Shown here in pieces: positions 53,874 through 64,000 of a DNA stretch of 64,000 nt. The first letter of the stretch is position 1; each line of letters starts with the position of its first letter. Source of the stretch: Balanoglossus misakiensis. Lineage: Eukaryota; Animalia; Hemichordata. The position numbers were made by a program, and so were the translations under genes. The notes beneath the pieces were generated by a model. It ran no database searches, had not been told where the DNA came from, and saw nothing but the letters and a program-made list of their open reading frames with translations. Where the stretch lies: assembly GCA_040954595.2 (NCBI GenBank), contig CM082580.2, forward strand, positions 11,794,909 to 11,858,908, in the 5' to 3' direction.

Positions 53874-56800
53874 ATGGAAAGCACTAGTATTAAAACACCA
53901 CTACTCGGTGATTCCTTCATCAGTGATGGACACAATGTTGGTAAGGACTACTCTGCAATATCCATCGGGGATGTCAACAAAGGAGCATCCTCATCGGCGG
54001 AGATTAGCAGGTTTAACGGTAATTTGGGCAACGGGAGACGGAAAACGACGTCGTTAAGTTTGAGCGAAAGGCTGACTCTGACGTGGTGCGACATCGAAGT
54101 GACCGCGCCCCTTCCCAAAAAGAAACTGTTCCGAAAACAAGATCCGAAGACACTATTGCCGAAAAAAATATTACGCCGGGGTAAGTAGACTTTCCAGTTA
54201 AACATTAAAAACCTCCAACAACGATTCTGATCATACCATTATCTACTGCCCATTTTAAACTACACTACAGGAAGTCTCTTGTGTGGTATTCAGTGAATTT
54301 ATTCTCAAATTCATGCTTGCTGGAGCACAATAACCCATTGTCCACGGAGAACAAGCGAGACATTGAGGTTATTCAGATTGGACGAGCAAGTCAGCTTGTT
54401 GTGACCTTAAAATTCAAACAAGCTGATCAATGAGCTTAATGGGGATAGGGTTCACCTGGATGACCCAGTCTGACACAAATCGGACGATGAACAAATGATA
54501 TTATCAACAGATACTGTTGGGCTACATGGACTGCCAGAGGTTCTGGTTTGCCCCCCCCCCCCCCCGGCCCTCATGGGAATGAGGGTGTTGGACTCATCGA
54601 CCACCATAATTGATAAAGAGACAGTGTTACTGTACAATGGACATGCAGGTCGACTGGGCTAATTATAACTGTGCAATGACATAGAGCCTATTGAAATTTG
54701 GATATTTAAACTTTGACCTGCATCGTTTCCGTTTGTATCACCGGTATATTAAGAACTGTTTTAGATGAAAATAGTATCAATATGAAATTGAATGATTGGA
54801 CACTATTTTAACTGAATGCAGTGTTCATTTCAGTGTTCATTTCATGAAAAGAAGGATCAGTTGTAACATACACATGGTCGTCCATGACCTTGACAGGTGA
54901 TTGCCGCCTTCTGTACACACACACTGACTGACCTTTGATGATTTACCGGTATTCTTTTCCAATATATATGCCACTGTAGCTGTCCACACATTATTAAAGC
55001 GATGAAAAAAATCACAGTTGAGATAAAATTAATACATGGCATTGTTTCTGAAATAAACATAATCTCTTGTGATAAATATTTTTTTGCCAACAGTCAGTGG
55101 ACATGTGGAACCAGGAACTCTACTTGCTGTAATGGGAGCCAGGTAAGGTGCCACACGGTTGGGCCTTTTGATTTGTTTTGGATTTCCACAGTAGACGTAG
55201 AATCATATTTAGTTATACAGTGGCAATTTGTTGGCAGGATATTGAATATTGATGGGGCAGTGGTTTATAATATGCTGACAGTGGGGTGTAACAGATGATG
55301 ACATTGGTTAAATTTAAACAGTCAGACACACAGCTGGTATACAGTTATGACTACTTTACATAGATGCTGGTTGTTTCATGGAGGAGCTTAAAATTCTTTT
55401 AAATCTGAAATAAAATTTTGCATCGCCATTAATTTTTACACATCAAAATATCAGATTTTATACAGCAGTGTTTAGTCTTGAAACAGAATATTTGATTCTA
55501 GCAAAACTTATAGCGACCTGAGAGACATAAACTGTGACTACGTATGAACAGGGAACATCTGCTGTCCTATGCCTGGCATGAATGTGTAAATCATATCATT
55601 TATAAATCATTTATCATTTGACTACTAATACAATTGAATACCATCTACAGGTCCCACTGGTAAAAAAAGCATTGAATTTTACGAAACCACAAGATACTGA
55701 CTGTGACAATTAAATTTTGAGTCCATTGTGTTCAGTTGAATTGTCTCTGATGTGTCCATAATGGGCATTGTTGTATCTTAAAATAAAAATGAATAAATTA
55801 GCAATCTGTGAAAAGGTTGATCCTCAATTATTATGCAAAGTGTATGCCTATCTGTCCAAATATAATGGGTATTGATGAATCATTTCTTTCATGGTTATTT
55901 TACATGGTACCATGCAATAAAGCATTGTGCACTCTGTCAGAACATGTACTGAACATTAACCTGTTAACCAAATGTTCAGTGGTGTTTCGGTCTGGTTATG
56001 TTGCAGCAAATTCTAGATAAATAAATTTAGGTTTAGGAAGAAAAAAATGTCATTGCATTCTTGACATACTAGTAGTACCAATAATTTTCAATACGCATGT
56101 ATAACAGAAACTCTCTTTCCTTCAATTGCAGTGGTGCGGGCAAGTCAACTCTGATGAATGTCCTGACATATCGTAACCGTGGCAACCTAACAGTAGAAGG
56201 TCATGTGATGGTGAATGGTCAGCCAATGGGGAAGTCCATTGCAAGTTTGTCTGCGTATGTCCAACAAGAAGATCTCTTTTTTGGAAATCTTAAAGTCAGG
56301 GAACATCTTGTATTTCAAGTGAGTTTTTAGCGTACTGTACATAGAGGCTTATTTACATAAAAATGACTAGATCTGATGTGGATCACTTTTCTTGATTTTG
56401 TAAGATTAGATTGGCTTGTGGATGTTAAAATGATCTGAGTTTCTTCGTCTACTTTCTATTCTTGTCTAGGCATTGCTTCGGATGGACAAAATAATTCCCA
56501 AGAAAGCCAGAATGGAGAGAGTTGAAGAGATTATCAAAGAGGTTAGTAACTTGTCAGTATTGTGTCACAGTAATGCAGTTGTCAACACACCAACTATGAG
56601 CAAGAAATGACCAAAATCATTTTGTTTGCCTTGTTTCAGCTTGGGTTGGCTAAGTGTGCCAATACTGTCATCGGAAACCCAGCTAGGGGGATCAAAGGAA
56701 TTTCAGGCGGTGAAATGAAGAGATTGTCGTTTGCTTCAGAGGTATGGGTGTTCTTTGCATCAGTCAAGGTTGCAGTTATATGATAATAAGATGAAATACT

Positions 56801-59800
56801 AAAGTTCCCAGTTGTAGCCATCAAACTTTTTGTCACTGAGTGAATTATTCCAATTATGACATTCTTTTTTCTTAGCTATCAGCCATATTAGAAATCCACA
56901 TATATTACAACAGAAAATACGGAAATGTATTGTATGACATCGCAATACAGTAGATGTATTATATCACTACAGTTGGTGTATAATAATGACTGGAATTTTT
57001 ACTGCCTCTAGATTTTAACAAATCCGCCATTGATGTTTTGTGATGAACCGACATCAGGATTAGACTCCTTCATGGCACAGAGTGTAGTGTCCACATTACA
57101 ACAGCTAGCTGCCCAGGGAAGGACCATTCTCTGCACAATACATCAGCCATCGTCTGAAGTCTACGCCATGTTTGACAGGTATTTACAACATCACTGAAAA
57201 TAGCTTTTGATATCCAGCCATGTATTTTTGCTTTGCATTTGCAGTCATCATTATAAACCAAAACCTAAATTTGTTTTTAAATGTACAGAGTTAATATGTA
57301 TATTTCATGATGATGTTGTTTTTTGCTAGGTTACTTTTAATGGCAGAAGGCAGAGTTGCTTTCCTCGGTTCTGCAAGTGACGCACTCAAACATTTTTCGA
57401 GGTGAGTCATCTTTTATTTTTAATTTTATAAAAACATGAAAAATGTGTCTGCTGGGTCAGAACATGTTTGATAGGAAGCTGCTTTGTTGCAGGTGCATTT
57501 TATTGAATGGAAGAACTATTTTTCACTCAAACAGCATAAATTTTACCATAAATATTACAAGAACTCAGCTTTTATTTTTGAAAGCGAAAAAATTAGTCAT
57601 TGGCAAATGATGTATTGTAAGTCTGCGGAAACCATTTGTAGAGTTTTCTAAAATTTGATATCTTAATTAAAATCATATTGTTTGTATTTTATTTTTTGTC
57701 ACTCCAGTATTGGATTCACGTGTCCCACAAATTACAACCCAGCTGATTTCTACATCCAGACACTGGCTATCGTTCCTGGCAAGGAACAGCAGTGCCGGGA
57801 AAAAGTGGAGGTATGTATGCATGGAAATCATCCTTCAGCCAAACGTTAATATGAGCAGCTCTAGTGCATGGACATAGGGCTATGAGACGAGGACAGAATC
57901 ATTTCATTTGCTGAGTGTTCAGACACAGTTTGAACTTTTCCTCAAAATGTATGACCAACCAGTGGTGTGCAGAAGAGGATTGGAACGTGTGTGCTTTGCT
58001 TTTTATATTCATGATATGTGACTGTCAAACCCTGCCAATTATACAGAGCATCTCTGTGACCTCTGCTATGACTATCTCAGCAAACCCCTTCAGCCATTTC
58101 CCAATTTAGTTCAGCCTCAGGACTTGGGTACAGATGGCAAAGAGAAATATATGCAGTCTCACTCAGGCCAATTTAATTGTCAATCCTACTGAATATTGAT
58201 AAACACAACTTCTGTCATCTTGCAGAAAATCTGTGATGCGTATGATTCTTCCAGCTATGCCCAAGATGTCTTCAACAGGGTCAAACCCACCGATAATTAT
58301 GGACTTATTGAGGTAATGTTCATAGAAAAACAAAGAAAGGCCTCCCTGTCACAAGAGGGCGCTACCCATCTTCATTTGGTAGTACAACGTATTGTGGAGT
58401 CTAATTTCGTAATCATGCAACTTTCTTTTTATTGTGCGGGATTTACATTCATTTCTGCGTTCTTCAAGACTTTGGGAAAAAAATCGAGCCCTTTTTCGCT
58501 TGTTCATTCTGCCCCAAGTATCAAATAGTTTACTACTTGTCAATAGAAGACTAAAAAACTGATCAAAGTTTTATTTTCATTATTTTTAGGACCTGGATGG
58601 GATTAAGAGTAGATCACCGTAAGTATTTGCATAAATATCACTGTCGCAACATCACTGCTGTGGCATTCTGTTTGAACAAAAAATAGTTCCTTGGTTGAAA
58701 GTTCACATGCAATTTCCGTAACCAGATTATAACTCGTTTTCTCTTCACAGGTATAAAGCTTCATGGTGTGCTCAATTCCGAGCAGTAATGTGGCGTACAT
58801 ATCTGGACACCTCACGTGAACCCATGATCATTAAAGTTCGTACACTGCAAACAATTGTGAGTTCATTCACATTACTTTATACAAAGAGACATGCTTTTTC
58901 AGGCAACTTAATTTAGCAGGCCTTTTTATTGTTTTGCATTATTGGACTCGACTAGACACTACTACCTTTTTGTCTTCTAAATCATGTTATCTTTTTCCTC
59001 ACACAGATAATTTCACTGATAATAGGTTTGGTTTTCTTACAACAACCACTGAATCAGGACAGTATACAAAATATCAATGGCTGCCTCTTCCTGTTTGTCA
59101 CTAACATGACCTTTGCCAATTTGTTCGCCGTCATTCAGGTAAGTCATGCAAATGCACAGGTGTGTGGTCAAAGCTGCTGTGCAGTGCCCTCCTGGAAACA
59201 TGTCTGGTCTCTGGCCGCATTTGAAAACTTGCATATTTGTCTTTGCCACAGGATATCGTTTCTTGTATTTTCAACTCATAGTCTTGTGTACCTCAATAAA
59301 TGGATAGCTGTTGTTCATTAAGAATGTGATCTACATGTATTGAGTCTCTGGAGAAAACCTAAGGGTATATCATTTAAATATATGTTCATTGAATTCTTCT
59401 TCTTCTCTGTTACAGATATTTCCTCTGGAGTTGCCGGTATTTTTACGAGAGCATTTCAATGGAATGTACCGAACTGACATCTATTTTATATGCAAGAATC
59501 TAGTTGATGTAAGAATCAGTGATATAATTGCACTCTGGGAAATGACCCTTGACCCCTTAAATTATAGTTTTTGTTCGTTTGGATAGTCAAACTTTTCTAC
59601 TATGAAAGCAGATTTTTTTCATGAAGAAAGATTTTTAATTATACGTATGTGAAATTCAGAGTGAAAAGCAGACAAGAATGAATCATTATTTTTTTGAACC
59701 AAGAAGGGAAGAAGTCTACTAAAAGTGAATATTTTGTCTCTTGCAGCTTCCCTATCAGTTTGTTTTACTGCCAATAGTGTTTGCAGCAATTACGTACTGG

Positions 59801-60920
59801 ATGGTGGGGCTGTATCCTGACTTTGTGAATTTCTGCATATGTTGCGGTATTCTTATACTTGTATGCAACGTATCAGTCTCCTTTGGTAAGTTTCATCGAA
59901 ACCGTAAATCTCTTCAGTATTGAAATGATTGAGAATGGTGACTGACAGTTTGGTTGACACAACTGCTTTTTTCAAACTTTTTCATTTAGAGTCTTAGAGA
60001 AACTTGTTAATCATTTATTCTGATTTTCCATCTTTTTTTCCAGGATACATGATCAGTACCTTCAGTCCCAGTGTGTCAGTGGCACTGGCTATAGCCCCGC
60101 CACTGGTCATACCATTGTTACTCTTTGGTGGTCTTTTCCTCAATACCAAGTAAGAACTTCAAAAATACCTTTTCCCTTCAATACAAATGTAGTTCACAGT
60201 TACGTAGAGTAATTTATATTTCTGTACCAATAATTTCGTTCGTGGCAGATTGCAAATAAACAGAAAATTTTTGCTTTGTTTCCTTGCAGTGATATTCCAG
60301 TGTATTTCATCTGGATACAATACATCTCTTGGTTCAAGTATACCTATGAGTGCCTGGAGATCAACCAATGGGAGAACATTGATTATATTTGTAAGTAGGT
60401 CAGAGTGGGTCAGAGGTCACCTTGTCACAGTTTAGAAAGAAATTAGAACATTTAGCGCTTTATCAAAGAGATTGGTCTTTGCCGAAGAGAACCGGATGGA
60501 AAAGATGAAATGTGTCAGTGAAAGCCAAAATAATGATTTGATTGAGAGTCTTGTATTTTGCACTTTCTTACAGATTGTCCAAACAACACTGCTGTGCCAT
60601 GTATAAATGATGGTGAAACTGTTCTGGAGAGTCTTTCATTCTCAACAGTAAGTTTGAGATTATTCTTCTACAGTTTGTTTTCAAAGGAGGCTAGTTACAT
60701 GTATACCAAACACAAGTACATTTGCATGTATTAGCCTGTTGATCCAGAAGTGAACGTGTCATTAACAATGATAGTCTCTCGAAAGTATGAATTTTGAAAG
60801 TCGTGTTTTTTGTCTCTGTAGGACAATTTCATGCTGAACATATACTTGACCTTGGCCCTGTTGTTGGTATACCGACTGATCGCCTTCATTGGTTTAGTGT
60901 GGAAGTCAAGAAGAAAGTAA
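53874..60920 (+). CDS. white: ABCG half-transporter, protein white ortholog (multi-exon)
   Basis: Walker [16 protein letters not shown]; YVQQEDLF; signature [14 protein letters not shown]; Walker [14 protein letters not shown]; TIHQPSSE; [11 protein letters not shown]; [11 protein letters not shown]; [15 protein letters not shown]; [15 protein letters not shown]; ends WKSRRK* (TAA at 60918-60920). Confidence 0.95.
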
Positions 60921-61041
60921 AGAAATGAAGAAGAAAAAAATCATCATTACCATATTGCTACTGGAGGCCTTTCAGAGCAGCTCCAATCAATTTGAAACAT
61001 GTCAGATTGTATCAACCTAATAAAGTTGTCAGTCAATTTAA

Positions 61042-61116
61042 CCCTTTCACCCCCATTTCCCTGTATAGAGGTCCAAATGTACAATGGTTTTGGACCAAAC
61101 CATGGTGTTGAAAGGG
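61042..61116. mobile_element. Short piggyBac-type MITE (TTAA target duplication) downstream of the white stop codon
   Basis: TTAA|CCCTTTCA...TGAAAGGG|TTAA; 75 bp; CCC...GGG termini. Confidence 0.7.
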
Positions 61117-62536
61117 TTAAAAACAATCAAACCCAGGGTTTGAACGGATGGACCCGTGACCTGGATGGATTTTTTTCAATCATGCAAAGTTTTCAAAGAA
61201 ACCTTACCAAAGTGCCAAATTACTCAACCTTTCTTTTGTCAGGTGTCATTTTTATTTTAATTGTTTATAGTGTTATTATTATTATTAGGTTTTACGCTGT
61301 ACATCAGAATTGGTGTACAGATATTTTTATGACTGAGGGGCCTTCCCTGTTTCCTGGTGGGAAACTAGATTTGTACAGAGCAGATCATTTATCACTGCAA
61401 GGTTAAATAACCTATTAATAACTTGTCACTATTTTTCTACTAAATACTAGTAAATGACTTCAATCAGCAACTCAAATACATACACAATGGCAGGGATAGT
61501 TTTTCATATGGTTCAGAATTCTCTTCTCAACAATTTTATACTTTGTATATCTTGTACAGTTGGTGACTGTCTTTCAAAGGTCAGTGTTTTCCAACACTCA
61601 TTCTGATTGGTTAAACAGTGTCAGAGGTCAGTGTTTTCTAACCCTTGTTGTAATTAGTTGACTGATACCTGAATGAAATGCCATGCCACCAACCTGTAAA
61701 TCTTTGGGGATTCTTTTCAATAAAATTATGGAACAAAGACATCATGTCTATATTACTTCAGGTATATTTGATCTAAATTAATCATTTTCAAGCAAAAGCT
61801 CGACAAATGTGACGAATGATTCAGAAGAAGGTTGTATGGACTGAATTAGAACAAAAATTGAAATAGTACTATGCTGCCAATGAATTGTTAAGGAAAACAA
61901 AGAGTTATAAAAAGACGAAACGGGAATGTTACATAAGGAAATGTAAATTGTGTTCCAGTGAAGTGTGATAGAGTAAATTATTCTATTCCCAAACAGCTTG
62001 TACACTTTTAGAGAGCATACATTTTATTTGTGTAGATACAAATTTATTATTGTGGGTTAACATTAACAATGTACATGAAATCATTTCTTCATCTCCATTG
62101 TTGTGTTTAGTTTTGTGTGTAAATTGTAAATCATGATTTTAGGAATGATGCTAATTTCAGGAAAAGTGATGGAAACCCATATTTTATCTGTGCCAGTATT
62201 ATCTCTGGAATAAAATTATTATTATGGATTTTTTATTGTCATCATTGTTTTATCTTGGACGGGATGAACATAAGAGTATAAACCCTTTGCATCCTGACTG
62301 GTCCATTGATGACTTGTGACATATTTGAAAGTTTTCTTCCAAAGCCACAGCATTGGCATTCTTATAAACCTATTTTGCGATAATGTCAAATGTCACTGAG
62401 CTGTCAACTCAGGCATTGAAAACAAACTTTTTTCATAGATGGCTGGCAACATTTTTTGGTAAAAAATCCCCCCAGCCTCCCCTCCCCGCCAGATATCAAA
62501 TGACCCACCCCTTAGAAACGCCCTAAAACTGACATC

Positions 62537-64000
62537 ATGGCTGAACGACACAAGGTAGGTCGTTTAGTTAATGATTATGAGGTGCACTGGTAAAGGTAAT
62601 GTTTGCAGATTACGGTATCACTATCAGGATGTACTTCAGTATCATAGATATAGATAGTCAAGACCCTGGAGCGGTTTTAATTGTTACCATACTCCGTAGC
62701 TACTAAGCTTACCACACCCTCGGTGCCAGTAGAGCCAGTTGCTTGGGTACTATTGGCCGTTCGATCGAGGCGGCCGCAGCTCGCAGTGCAGGTCGAGCCG
62801 CAGTACCACTGTAGTAGTGGTGTAGTAAGAAAGGCCACCACTCAACTCGACCAGTAGATGGCAGTACCATCTCAAGTTTTGCCTGATAGGCCTATATTGT
62901 GTGTGGACGGCAAACCAGAGCTGCAACCACAAGGTCGCTGAACTGGATTCCGTTCACGCACTTAGGAACCCGTTTTCTGCGCGTCTGACATTCCTTTCCT
63001 CGTCAGTTTGCCTTCTAGTTCTGATCCAGTTTGCAAAACTGGATCAGAACTGTCGAAAGAATGTCACTAGTTGACGAGATCACCGGTTTTCTCTGTGTAT
63101 ATTCGCCAAGAGTGTTATGTCATTCAATTCAAAGATTGACTGACAGCTAGGTCTGTGCCTCATGCACGGACGTCCATGCTCACACTAAAGCTATTGCCGT
63201 AAAGAGGCCTGTGGTTTTACGACGATGCATGAACAGCGCAAAAAAGGCTCGCGTACAAAACGCAGCTCACAAAGTCTGCGTGTGACGCGTCCTGTAACAT
63301 TTTTATAAATAAATTGAAATTGTTGTTCAGCTGAGTAGCTCAGACTACCTAATAAAGCCGTTAATCTAATAATGCATTTATGAAAAAAAAAGTGAAGACT
63401 ATAGACCTACTTCAATTTTTCTTTCGTAAGTACAAAACTGGATTATTTTGTACCTATTTTTGTAATCAAGTTTAGAGTAATGCTGAATATAATCTTACCC
63501 AGGATGACAAGGCTGGACTACTGGAAAGACTGGCTTCAGGGCGTCCAGTCATCGGTGATGGTGGCTACGTGTTTGCATTGGAGAAACGCGGTTACGTCAG
63601 AGCCGGTCCGTGGACTTCAGAAGCGTCAGTAGAGCACCCGGATGCCAGTGAGTTTTCAATTTGGGTTCACCTCTGATTGTGTGTATGTGTTTGTTTGTTT
63701 GTTTGTTTTGTCATTTCATGTGGTGACATAGACAACAAACAATTAGTGCAATCTTTCCACGTACAAGAAAAGGATTCATCGTCAGTCTGAAATTTTCGAT
63801 AACTTTCTGAGACGTAGGGCCTAAGCCATGGTAAAACAAGCTAAACATATTTTTGGTATGTTAACTAATTAATTAGTTAATATCGATAAATATTGTCGCC
63901 ATTTGTTTTGTGTTCGGTGAAATCATGATACCTACAGTCAGACAGCTGAGCCGCGAATTCGTCCGAGCTGGCGCTGATGTGGTGCAGGCGTTTACATTTT
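62537..64000 (+). CDS. BHMT: Betaine-homocysteine S-methyltransferase, 5' part (runs off the window)
   Basis: Exon 63503-63647 gives [48 protein letters not shown]; exon from 63938 gives [20 protein letters not shown]. First exon MAERHK (62537-62554, phase 0) is inferred and less certain. Confidence 0.9.
62851..62864 (+). promoter_or_regulatory. CTCF-like motif
   Basis: CCAGTAGATGGCAG matches CCASYAGRKGGCRS at every position. Confidence 0.4.
63017..63051. repeat. Perfect 16-bp-stem hairpin in putative BHMT intron 1
   Basis: AGTTCTGATCCAGTTT-GCA-AAACTGGATCAGAACT; outer arms TGACATTC (62986) / GAATGTCA (63059). Confidence 0.85.

Noticed and set aside
62440-62514. C-rich segment ending GATATCAAATGACCCACCCCTTA just upstream of the BHMT start, resembling a MITE terminus
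   Set aside because: Only one arm is visible and there is no TSD; it cannot be supported without a repeat library.

Overview
Eukaryotic, AT-rich, intron-dense animal DNA. My inference is a marine invertebrate, probably a deuterostome; the sequence does not prove this. Gene order: MLH1 (+); SARNP/CIP29 (-); ZW10 (-), whose proximal promoter is split by a young 456-bp MULE-type foldback element with a 9-bp TSD; an ~18-kb gene-poor region rich in RFX X-box-like motifs and holding one large-exon orphan ORF (weakly PRR18-like); two paralogous, divergent nAChR-type Cys-loop subunits (-) flanking a STARD4/5/6-like gene (+); an ankyrin-repeat gene (-); two identical tRNA-Asn(GTT) genes (-); a white-type ABCG half-transporter (+); and the 5' part of BHMT (+). 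The best candidate for something undescribed is the Cys-loop receptor pair. Both keep a cation pore and the aromatic box, but share a coordinated rewrite of the agonist site (loop C CC->DE, loop A WxPD->WxPQ, loop B GSWTY->GPWQY). All gene models were spliced by eye and no database search was run.
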